From: Candidatus Anoxychlamydiales bacterium
GTDB lineage: Bacteria; Chlamydiota; Chlamydiia; Chlamydiales; SM23-39
Assembly (NCBI GenBank): GCA_011065175.1
Contig: JAAKFE010000002.1
Span: forward strand, 1-52,213
Length of the DNA: 52,213 nt
Direction: 5' to 3'
The notes beneath the pieces were generated by a model that was not told the origin of the DNA, made no database searches, and worked only from the letters and a program-made list of their open reading frames with translations. Positions 7,230 to 15,663 of the stretch are shown piece after piece. The position numbers and the translations under genes are program-made. The first letter of the stretch is position 1. Each line of letters opens with the position of its first letter.

Positions 7230-8093
7230 TTATTTTTTTTGACCAATAGCCATAATATGAGAGCTCACTCCCATTATTGAAGAATCAAATTGAGTGATTT
7301 CTAAAAATTCTAAAAGTTGCTCTCTTTGTCTTTCATCTTCAAAATACTCATCATCAATCCATTTCCCCAATCCTTCAATAGCTAAAACTTCAACTTTTGA
7401 AAAACCTGCGTCTTCTATCTCACTTTTAAGCTCACCTGGAGTATGCGTATAAAATTTAGCTGATTTGTATACCAAATCATTAGTTTTTAAAGTGTTTTTA
7501 ATTTCTAAAGCCATTTTTTGATCTTTAATTTTTCCATCAAAATAAGCATTAAACAGAGTACAATATTTAGATACACCTTGAGCTAGAATCATACCATCTG
7601 GTTTTAAAACTCTATAAGCCTCTTTTAGGGCTATTTGGCGATTTTCTTCATCTAAATGATATAGGGGCCCAAAAAACAAAACTACATCAATGCTACTATC
7701 TGGCACGTCAATTTTCCTAGCATCCCCTACCTCATATCTTGCAAGAGGAAAATCTTTATGGGTTTCACCATTTTTTTTAGCTTCTTCAATATTCAAAACA
7801 ACTGGATCTATGAGGTAAACTGTATAACCTTTTTTTGATAGATAAAAAGAGTACACTCCCATTCCCCCTCCAACATCTAAAATGGTAGCTGGAGAATTTG
7901 GTAAAAAAGTATCTAAAATATATTCTACTCGTTTTTTTTCTAATCGATTCATTTTCCTATCGAGTCTATCTTTTTCTATTCCTGATTCATAAAATATTTT
8001 TGTGCCTTTAGGAATTTCAAAATTTTTGGCCATTAAAAAATTTATATTTGATAATGATAATATAATAAATAAAGTTAAATATTTTATTTTCAT
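7230..8093 (-). CDS. Class I SAM-dependent methyltransferase with N-terminal hydrophobic leader
   Basis: 287 aa. Motif I ILDVGGGMGVYSFYL followed by VYLIDP. First 22 aa MKIKYLTLFIILSLSNINFLMA look like a signal peptide. Confidence 0.7.
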   Translation of the reverse strand: MKIKYLTLFIILSLSNINFLMAKNFEIPKGTKIFYESGIEKDRLDRKMNRLEKKRVEYILDTFLPNSPATILDVGGGMGVYSFYLSKKGYTVYLIDPVVLNIEEAKKNGETHKDFPLARYEVGDARKIDVPDSSIDVVLFFGPLYHLDEENRQIALKEAYRVLKPDGMILAQGVSKYCTLFNAYFDGKIKDQKMALEIKNTLKTNDLVYKSAKFYTHTPGELKSEIEDAGFSKVEVLAIEGLGKWIDDEYFEDERQREQLLEFLEITQFDSSIMGVSSHIMAIGQKK

Positions 8094-8233
8094 ATTTTAT
8101 ATATTTTTGTTGTTTTAAGCTTAATTATATTACCAAAATTTTCATAAAACTTTCAATTAAAAGTCATTTATTTCGAAGAAATTTTAATTAAAAAAAACAT
8201 TAGAAAAATTTTTATTTTCAAATTCTTCAATCA

Positions 8234-8774
8234 TTATTTATTTTTTAAATCGGATCCATTAGATTTTACCTTTAATTGTAGAATTTTAATAATAAAAAAA
8301 GCTATTAAAGCTGCTAAGAACGCTCCTATTATCTGATGAACTCCGACAACTGCAAGTATGGGTTTTAAAAGCTTAGAATTTTTCAATCCTATTTTTGCTA
8401 TCCATCCCAAAAAATATAAAAATGCACATTTAACAAATGCAGCTAAAAATAATGAAAAGAAGTAACTATATTTTTTTTAAACCACCAAAAACGAGAACCA
8501 ATATGATATTTGAGATCATTATAAAAGGAATTAAGGGAAGTAAAACAACAGGGAGCAATCCGACAGATATAGCAATTAAAGATGGGACAATTCCAATAAC
8601 AATAGCTTGCCAAATACCTAAAAAAAACACCGATAAAAACAAAATAGAATTGACTATTGTCGATATAATATTTTTATTTTTCAAAAAATACGGAGTGCAA
8701 ACTGCTAAAATTATGAAAAATATAAAAACACATATTTTGTAAATTTTTTCTTTTTTACGAAACATTTCAAACAT
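8234..8774 (-). pseudogene. Multi-pass membrane protein split by a frameshift at an A8 tract (or sequencing error / slippage)
   Basis: The ORF-track piece 8466-8774 ends ...GGT GGT TTA AAA AAA ATA TAG (plus-strand T8 at 8471-8478). One A fewer reads on as GLKKYSYFFSLFLAAFVKCAFLYFLGWIAKIGLKNSKLLKPILAVVGVHQIIGAFLAALIAFFIIKILQLKVKSNGSDLKNK* (stop 8236-8234). That would give one ~180-aa hydrophobic protein. Confidence 0.55.
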
Positions 8775-8782
8775 AAAAACCT

Positions 8783-9934
8783 CTAAACGTTTTCTAAGGA
8801 GTTAATATTACAAGTTTTAGAAATCTCTTCTAGTTCATTTTCTCTGCTTGATACACCCATATCTTTTAATTTTTTAGCACTCACTAAAACTCTTGAATTT
8901 AAAGATGCTATAGTTTGGTTATAAGCATCGATGCTAATTGATAAATTTTTTCCTAGCTTTGTAAAATGGCTATTCATAGTTAGTAATCTATCATAGAGTT
9001 CTTTTCCTGTTTTTGCAATCTCTTTAGCATTTTTTGACATTTGAGATTCTTTCCAGACATGAGCAATTGTTTTCAAAATAGCAATTAAAGTAATTGGAGT
9101 TGCAATAATAATATTTTTCTTAGCAGCCATCTCGAGTAAAGTTGGGTCTATTGAAACAGCGGAGCTTAAAATTGCTTCTGCAGGAAGAAATAAAATTACA
9201 TATTCTACGGTATTATCAAATTTTGAAAAGTACTCTTTAGAAGATAGATCATTTATATGTTTTTTTAAATTTAGAGCATGAGATTTTAATTTTTGGATTT
9301 TAGTATCCTCTTGTTTATCTTGAGCATCTAAATAATTATCTATAGGAGTTTTAGCATCAATAATGATTTGTCTTTCTTTAGGAAGTCTAATGATGAGATC
9401 TGGTCTATACGTTTTATCATCTTTGCTACTTGATTGTTGTTCAAAAAAATCGCAGTGATTTAAAAGACCGGCTAGTTCTACAACTCTTTTTAGATGGATT
9501 TGGCCCCAAGTGCCTCTAACATTTGGAGATTTTAAAGCTTTAGATAAATTTTGAGTCTCTTCTTTTAAATGGCGCTCTGATTGAATTAACATCTCTATTT
9601 GTTTATTTAAAGCTTCATAGGAGCCTTGTCTTTTACTTTCTACATTTTTAGTATACGCATCAATTTTATCGATAGATTCTTTAACTGGCGCTAAAACTTT
9701 TTCTAGCTCTTTTTGTTTATGTTCTATGTTTGCTTGAAACCCCTCATGATATTTTTCAAAATTTGCTTTTGCAAGATCCATAAAAGCTTTATTATTTTGT
9801 TGCATGACATCGAAAGATAGACTTTTAAAAGTTTGAGCCATATTTTTTTTAGCTTTTTTCAAACTAAAGCTTATACCGATAACCAAAACAATAAAAAAAA
9901 GAAAAACAGCTATAAATAAAAATAATAAATTCAT
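8783..9934 (-). CDS. rmuC: DNA recombination protein RmuC
   Basis: 383 aa. N-terminal TM, long coiled coil, nuclease-like core RPDLIIRLPKERQIIIDAKTP. Confidence 0.8.
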   Translation of the reverse strand: MNLLFLFIAVFLFFIVLVIGISFSLKKAKKNMAQTFKSLSFDVMQQNNKAFMDLAKANFEKYHEGFQANIEHKQKELEKVLAPVKESIDKIDAYTKNVESKRQGSYEALNKQIEMLIQSERHLKEETQNLSKALKSPNVRGTWGQIHLKRVVELAGLLNHCDFFEQQSSSKDDKTYRPDLIIRLPKERQIIIDAKTPIDNYLDAQDKQEDTKIQKLKSHALNLKKHINDLSSKEYFSKFDNTVEYVILFLPAEAILSSAVSIDPTLLEMAAKKNIIIATPITLIAILKTIAHVWKESQMSKNAKEIAKTGKELYDRLLTMNSHFTKLGKNLSISIDAYNQTIASLNSRVLVSAKKLKDMGVSSRENELEEISKTCNINSLENV

Positions 9935-9988
9935 TTTTTTATCTCCTTTTAAAGGATGATAATAAAGATAAGAATTTTATTTTAAAAA

Positions 9989-10840
9989 CTAAAAATTTAA
10001 TTTATCGTCATCTTCATCATCATCTGGCTCAAAATCTTTAAGTGTTTTTGATTTTTTACCAGCAATAACGCGAATTAATGAAAAGATAAAAGCTATAAAA
10101 ATATAGCTCCAAGAAAGCAAAACAAAAGCTAAAGAAAAATAATAAAAAATGCCATATAAAAAAAAGACGGAAATTATTACAGTTAAAAAAGCCAAATGAA
10201 ACGATGGCATTCTAAAATTCAATCTTTTCAAAGATGGGAATTTCCATCTACTAACCATTAGATAACCTAAAATAACATTTACAATTGTTAAAACGATCAC
10301 CCTTAAAGTATTTGAGATTTCAAAAAAATTTGTTAAAAAGGGTGATAACAAAAAAAGATTAGTTGAAACAGCAACTGCTGCTGCTGCTGGCATTGGAATA
10401 CCCGTAAAGTTCTTTTTTTGGATAGTCATCTCTACTAAATTTCCTTTAGCTTCAATAGATTTTAAATTAAATCTAACTAGACGAAGCATACCACAAAGAG
10501 AGTAGATCATAGCACCTGAGGCTGCTATAAAAGAGAGATAAGTTCCTTGCTCCAGAGAGAGTGTTTTTAAAAGTAAAACAGAAGGAGCAACTCCAAAAGA
10601 TATAGCATCAGCTAATGAATCAAACATCAAACCAAAATCGCTATGAGCTTTAAAAGCTCTAGCAACAGCGCCATCTACAAAATCAAAAAGAGCAACGAGT
10701 AGCAATAAAAAGGCAGATTTTTGAATTAACTCAAAATTGCCAGCTCCTTTCTCTATCATATTAACTTTAAAAATAACAAAAAGACCGATAGCCAGTCCAA
10801 AGGCTGTTATAATATTTGGGATTAAAGATATTTTTTTCAT
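9989..10840 (-). CDS. pssA: CDP-diacylglycerol--serine O-phosphatidyltransferase (CDP-alcohol phosphatidyltransferase family)
   Basis: 283 aa. Motif DFVDGAVARAFKAHSDFGLMFDSLAD = DG-x2-AR-x8-G-x3-D-x3-D. Multi-TM; acidic C-terminal tail. Confidence 0.75.
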   Translation of the reverse strand: MKKISLIPNIITAFGLAIGLFVIFKVNMIEKGAGNFELIQKSAFLLLLVALFDFVDGAVARAFKAHSDFGLMFDSLADAISFGVAPSVLLLKTLSLEQGTYLSFIAASGAMIYSLCGMLRLVRFNLKSIEAKGNLVEMTIQKKNFTGIPMPAAAAVAVSTNLFLLSPFLTNFFEISNTLRVIVLTIVNVILGYLMVSRWKFPSLKRLNFRMPSFHLAFLTVIISVFFLYGIFYYFSLAFVLLSWSYIFIAFIFSLIRVIAGKKSKTLKDFEPDDDEDDDKLNF

Positions 10841-10995
10841 AGCTCTTATTTTTTCATGATTTTTTTTTATTTTGCCAAAATGATACTAAATTAGGCATTT
10901 TACACTCTAACATAATTATTAAACTTTAAAATTTTTCAAATCTAGAAAAATAATTAATTATTTTCATGCTATAATAAAGATAAAATGGTTTTTTT

Positions 10996-11271
10996 ATGGA
11001 TGAAATTGAGTATAACGAATTTACTATCAATCCCTTAGATGAAAAATCTAGAAAAATTGATCTTTTAAAACAAGAAATTGATGTAAATATTCAAGAACAA
11101 ATCCTAGTAAATAAAAGAATTAGTTTAATAAAAGATACTTTTAAAACCATGCCAAGTACTGAGCCGGAATATGCTATCTTACTAACGCAGTTAGAGATGG
11201 ATCAGATTCAATTAGATGAGCTTAAATCCAGAGAAAATCTTTTAAAAACTAATCTTCAAAAATTTTTGTAA
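10996..11271 (+). CDS. Hypothetical coiled-coil protein
   Basis: 91-aa ORF; TATAAT-like box ~20 nt upstream. No recognisable motif. Confidence 0.4.
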   Translation: MDEIEYNEFTINPLDEKSRKIDLLKQEIDVNIQEQILVNKRISLIKDTFKTMPSTEPEYAILLTQLEMDQIQLDELKSRENLLKTNLQKFL

Positions 11272-11373
11272 TTCTTTGTTTATTAATCACTTAAGCTTTT
11301 AAAATAATTAGTATTATTTAAAAAAAGTCATTTTTTGCTATAATATTTACTAATAACCCAAAGGGTTTTAATT

Positions 11374-11502
11374 ATGTGTAGATTCAAAAAAAATAAAAAT
11401 CCCTACGACCTAACAATTATTGAAGAATTGTTTGATCCTGAGGAAGCAGATGAAGGATTTGAAAAAGATTTTGAAGAAGTTTTAGACCCAGAAGATGATT
11501 AA
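11374..11502 (+). CDS. Small strongly acidic peptide (42 aa), hypothetical
   Basis: Below ORF-track cut-off. MCRFKKNKNPYDLTIIEELFDPEEADEGFEKDFEEVLDPEDD*. Extended -10 TGCTATAAT at 11336-11344 and AAGGG 8 nt upstream of ATG. Confidence 0.35.
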   Translation: MCRFKKNKNPYDLTIIEELFDPEEADEGFEKDFEEVLDPEDD

Positions 11503-11676
11503 ACATAGAGTTTTCTTTTATTAATTTTTCAAAAAAACTATAATTTTCTTTTTATTAATTAATTTATTGTCAATAGCTTACGCTTTTATTTTCATATAAC
11601 CTAATAATTTAATATTATAAAATATAAAAATTCATATAATGAAAAAAAGAATAACAATATTGATAAAAGGTTTATT

Positions 11677-12057
11677 ATGCCAAAAACCAGAAAAAGAAGT
11701 AAAAAAGCTGTTAAAAAATCTACTAGAAAAACAGCTAAAAAACCTGTTAGAAGAAAAAAAGCTATTAAAAAAGCTGCTAAGAAAACAGTAAAAAAAAGAA
11801 AAACTCTAAAAAAGTCTACTAAAAAACCAATAACAAAATCAAAAACTAAAAGAAAAAAAGCAGCTAAAAAACCTATATGGGCATCTCATGTTGAGAAAAT
11901 GCAAACTAAAATAGATGATGCATTAAAAAAATTAGAAAAAGATATAAAAAGAAAAGCTCCGTATAAAATTATTGAAGCAGATAATAATGAACTTTTAATG
12001 CTCCTTGGTGAATGCAACTATATCGTTAGAGAATTTCACGAAAATTTTGTAAAATAA
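11677..12057 (+). CDS. Lysine/alanine-rich histone H1-like nucleoid protein (chlamydial Hc-type)
   Basis: 126 aa. The first ~65 aa are KKA/KKP/KKT repeats (MPKTRKRSKKAVKKSTRKTAKKPVRRKKAIKKAAKK...), followed by a ~60-aa non-repetitive helical C-terminal domain. Confidence 0.6.
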   Translation: MPKTRKRSKKAVKKSTRKTAKKPVRRKKAIKKAAKKTVKKRKTLKKSTKKPITKSKTKRKKAAKKPIWASHVEKMQTKIDDALKKLEKDIKRKAPYKIIEADNNELLMLLGECNYIVREFHENFVK

Positions 12058-12117
12058 GTTTGTAAAAAAAGATTAATCTATTCTAATTTAGTTGGTTTAA
12101 ACTAAGTTGGATTTTTT

Positions 12118-15033
12118 ATGTCATATAACGTTAATCAAAAATGTAATAATTTTACAGTTACAAAATACCTTCCCATCGACGAGATAAAAGTCGAGCTTAT
12201 AGAACTTAAGCATAATACTTTAGGAACTGAAGTTATAAAAATAAAAAATGATGATGATGAAAATTTATTTTGTATTTCTTTAAAAACCTGGCCCCAAGAT
12301 TCTTTTGGTGAAGCTCATATTTTAGAACACACTGTTTTATGTGGATCTAAAAAATTCCCTGTAAAAGATCCTTTTTTTTCTATGTTAAGGCGTAGTTTAA
12401 ATACTTTTATGAATGCAATGACTGGCTCTGATTTCACATGTTATCCAGCATCTAGTTTAGTTGAAAAAGATTTTTATAATCTTTTTGAAGTCTATATAGA
12501 TGCGGTATTTCATCCAAAATTAGATAGACTTAGTTTTTTGCAAGAAGGACATAGATTTGAATTTTTAAAACCTGATGATGCCAGCTCTAATCTCATCTAC
12601 AAAGGTATTGTTTACAATGAGATGAAAGGTTCCATGGCAAATCCAGATAGTATCTTATTTCAAAAGATGCAAGAAAACCTCACTCCAGATTTGCCATATG
12701 CATTTAATTCTGGGGGAGATCCTAAAGAGATCCCCAATCTGACATATGAAAACTTAAAAAAATTTCATGAAACTTTTTATCATCCCTCTAGATCAATATT
12801 TTTTTTATATGGAAATTTAGATTTAGAAAAGCAGCTAGATTTTATTGAAGAAAATGCTTTAAAAAATGCAAAAGAGAAGCCAAAGCTTGGATTGATTCCA
12901 AAACAAAAGCGTTTTTCTAAGAAAAAAACAATTGAAGATAGATATCCTATCTCTGAAAAACAAGCTAAAGAAGATGGAGCTATTATCTCTTTTGGATATT
13001 TAACATGCCCAATAGAGGATCAAATTGATCTCCATGGTCTTTTATTGTTAGATAGTATTTTGATGGGCACAGACGGGTCGTATTTAAAACTAAATATTTT
13101 AAAATCGAATCTATGCAAAGAAGTTGAGAGTGTATTTGATACAGAGATGAGTGAAGCTCCATATATTTTAATTTGTAGAGGGTGTAAAAGCGAAAGCAAA
13201 GACGCGCTTTTCAAAGTTATTAAAGAGAGTTTAGAAAAATTAATAGAGACAAAAATCGATCCTAAAATTATAGATGCAGCTTTGCATCAATTAGAATTTT
13301 CAAGGACAGAGATATCTTCTGGCATGGGTCCTTATGGACTTACTTTATTTTTTAGATCTGCTCTAGCAAAACAACTAGGAGCAGAGCCAGAAAATGCTTT
13401 AGTTATTCACACACTTTTTAAAACACTTAGAGAAAAACTAAAAGATCCAAACTACATACCATATCTTATCAAAAAATATTTTTTAGAAAACCACCATATG
13501 GTGGAGTTAATACTAAAAGCAGATTCTAATTTAACAGCTGAGACGGAGATAAAGGAAAGAAAAAAACTAGATGCTATTCAAATGACTATGCAGCCTAAGC
13601 AAATCGAACAAATTTTAGAAGATACTAAAAATTTAAATGAGCTTCAAAAAAAATTAGAGAAAACTTCAATTGAGTGTCTTCCAAAAATTGCTATTGAAGA
13701 GGTTCCTAAAAAAAATAAAAATATTGCTCTTCATATTGAAGAAAAGGGCAAATTCAAAATCTTTCATCACGATGTTTTTACAAATGATATTTCCTACGTA
13801 GATCTTATATTTGATCTACCTGAGCTTTCATTAAAAGAGTTGATTTTATTACCACTTTTTTCATCTTTAGTAACTGACGTAGGAGCTGGAAAAAGAAATT
13901 ACGTAGAAAACTTAAATTTTATTCAAGCCTATACAGGAGGGATCCAATCAGATTTATCTTTAAATTTTCAAGCTGATAATTTTGATAATATAATTCCATC
14001 GATATCTATTAGATCTAAATCTCTTTATAGAAATACAGATAAAATGTTTTCTTTGATAAAAGATGTAATTGAAAACCCTATGTTTTCAGATATAAATAGG
14101 ATAAAAGAGTGTCTTTTACAACAATATACATTTTTAGAAAATTCTATAGTTCAACACTCTATGAGTTATGCTACTAATTTATCTCAAAGCTCACTCTCTA
14201 CAGGGGCCTTTTTATCTTCTAAATTCGATGGTATAGATTATTTAAATAATTTAAGAATTTTAATTAAAGATTTAGATAAAAATGCAGAAAAACTAATCGA
14301 AGAATTAAATGCTTTAAAAGAAAAAGTTTTTTGTGTTAACAGAGCAAATTTAGTAATCAGTTCTAATGGAAATTTTTACAAAGATCTCAAAAAAAATAAT
14401 TTTTATTCTCTTCTAGACTTAGAGTTTAAGAATCTAAAACCTTTTTCAAAGAATTTCCAAGTAGACAAAATAAAATCTCAACCAATATTTATTTCATCAC
14501 CTGTAGCTTTCAGTGCCTCTTCTTATAGAACTATTGGTTTTTTACATGAAAAATCCCCTGCCTTATTGATTGCAAGCAAACTTTTTTCAAATAAAATCCT
14601 TCATAAAAAAATTAGGGAAGAAGGAGGCGCTTATGGATCAGGCACTAACTATTCACCAACAACAGGTCTTCTTACATTTTTTGGGTTTAGAGACCCACAT
14701 ATAACATCTACTTTAAAAGCTTTTAAATTTGCGATTGAAGAAATTTCTAATGGAAATTTTTTAGATAGTGATATCGATGAGGCAAAACTTGGAATCATCC
14801 AAAAAACTGATGTTCCCATATCTCCTGGAGCTAGAGCTATAACAGCATATTCATGGTTAAAAGCTAATAAAACAGATGAAATGCGCCAAGAGTTTAGAAA
14901 TAAAATTTTATCAACAAGCAAAGAAGATATTATTAAAGCAGTAGAAGAGAACCTATTAAATCAAATTGACAATGCTATTACAGCTACATTTTGCTCTAAA
15001 GAGCTATTTGATAAAGAAAAACCTAAGCTTTGA
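12118..15033 (+). CDS. M16-family zinc metalloprotease (insulinase/PreP-like, M16C architecture)
   Basis: 971 aa. Inverted zinc motif HILEHTV (HxxEH) near the N-terminus, downstream Glu in YNEMKG. Length typical of presequence-protease-like enzymes. Confidence 0.8.
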   Translation: MSYNVNQKCNNFTVTKYLPIDEIKVELIELKHNTLGTEVIKIKNDDDENLFCISLKTWPQDSFGEAHILEHTVLCGSKKFPVKDPFFSMLRRSLNTFMNAMTGSDFTCYPASSLVEKDFYNLFEVYIDAVFHPKLDRLSFLQEGHRFEFLKPDDASSNLIYKGIVYNEMKGSMANPDSILFQKMQENLTPDLPYAFNSGGDPKEIPNLTYENLKKFHETFYHPSRSIFFLYGNLDLEKQLDFIEENALKNAKEKPKLGLIPKQKRFSKKKTIEDRYPISEKQAKEDGAIISFGYLTCPIEDQIDLHGLLLLDSILMGTDGSYLKLNILKSNLCKEVESVFDTEMSEAPYILICRGCKSESKDALFKVIKESLEKLIETKIDPKIIDAALHQLEFSRTEISSGMGPYGLTLFFRSALAKQLGAEPENALVIHTLFKTLREKLKDPNYIPYLIKKYFLENHHMVELILKADSNLTAETEIKERKKLDAIQMTMQPKQIEQILEDTKNLNELQKKLEKTSIECLPKIAIEEVPKKNKNIALHIEEKGKFKIFHHDVFTNDISYVDLIFDLPELSLKELILLPLFSSLVTDVGAGKRNYVENLNFIQAYTGGIQSDLSLNFQADNFDNIIPSISIRSKSLYRNTDKMFSLIKDVIENPMFSDINRIKECLLQQYTFLENSIVQHSMSYATNLSQSSLSTGAFLSSKFDGIDYLNNLRILIKDLDKNAEKLIEELNALKEKVFCVNRANLVISSNGNFYKDLKKNNFYSLLDLEFKNLKPFSKNFQVDKIKSQPIFISSPVAFSASSYRTIGFLHEKSPALLIASKLFSNKILHKKIREEGGAYGSGTNYSPTTGLLTFFGFRDPHITSTLKAFKFAIEEISNGNFLDSDIDEAKLGIIQKTDVPISPGARAITAYSWLKANKTDEMRQEFRNKILSTSKEDIIKAVEENLLNQIDNAITATFCSKELFDKEKPKL

Positions 15034-15114
15034 TCTCTTCTTTAATTAAAGATTAAAGACTTTTGCTAGAGTTTTCTTTTTTTTTATCAAGCTTTTGTTT
15101 TTCAAAAAACAGAG

Positions 15115-15489
15115 TCAACGAAGAGGATATTTTTTACATGTTTTCCAAAAAGCATATCCAATACCGCCCATTACTGCCCCATAAACAAAACTAATAGGCG
15201 CAATATATTTTAGGGGCGAATAATCCGGTGTCTTTTCTTTTGACATTATTATTAATGGAGCAATGATCATTGCTAAAGATGTAGTGAATACGGCCCCAGC
15301 AAGGCATGTTATTATTATTTCCTTAAAAACTCTTTTTATTTTGTTATTTTGTGAGCCATTATCACCTATCTCCTCATATTCTGAAGACTGCGAAACTCTA
15401 TTACTGGCAGTCCATGGAATTACTTTATTGACTGCCTGAGTCCCGCTTGATAATAAACCACTCCATACTCCACTCCATCCCCCACTCAT
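15115..15489 (-). CDS. Small membrane protein with Inc-like paired hydrophobic segments
   Basis: 124 aa. Gly/Trp/Ser N-terminus MSGGWSGVWSGLLSSG, then IIITCLAGAVFTTSLAMIIAPLIIM - 13 aa - IAPISFVYGAVMGGIGYAFW. Confidence 0.5.
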   Translation of the reverse strand: MSGGWSGVWSGLLSSGTQAVNKVIPWTASNRVSQSSEYEEIGDNGSQNNKIKRVFKEIIITCLAGAVFTTSLAMIIAPLIIMSKEKTPDYSPLKYIAPISFVYGAVMGGIGYAFWKTCKKYPLR

Positions 15490-15663
15490 AGTAATACCTT
15501 TAAAAAAATTAATACGAAATATTATACAATTTTTTTTTTTTTTAATATAAAAAAATTAAAATCTATATTTTTAATCGATTTAACTTTTCAAAATTTTATC
15601 TTGAGAAAATCAAATAGTCTCGTTAACATCCAGCTTAAGCACATATATTAGGAGATCATATTT

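Noticed and set aside
8437-8742. Plus-strand 101-aa ORF overlapping the membrane-protein gene
   Set aside because: It is the antisense mirror of a hydrophobic gene. It has no RBS, and the minus frame gives a coherent TM protein that continues after the A8 frameshift.
11639-11791. Alternative-frame 50-codon ORF (MKKRITILIKGLLCQKPEKEVKKLLKNLLEKQLKNLLEEKKLLKKLLRKQ*) overlapping the start of the histone-like gene
   Set aside because: It is a by-product of the AAA/AAG-rich repeat read in another frame. There is no RBS, and the Lys/Ala frame matches a known protein class.
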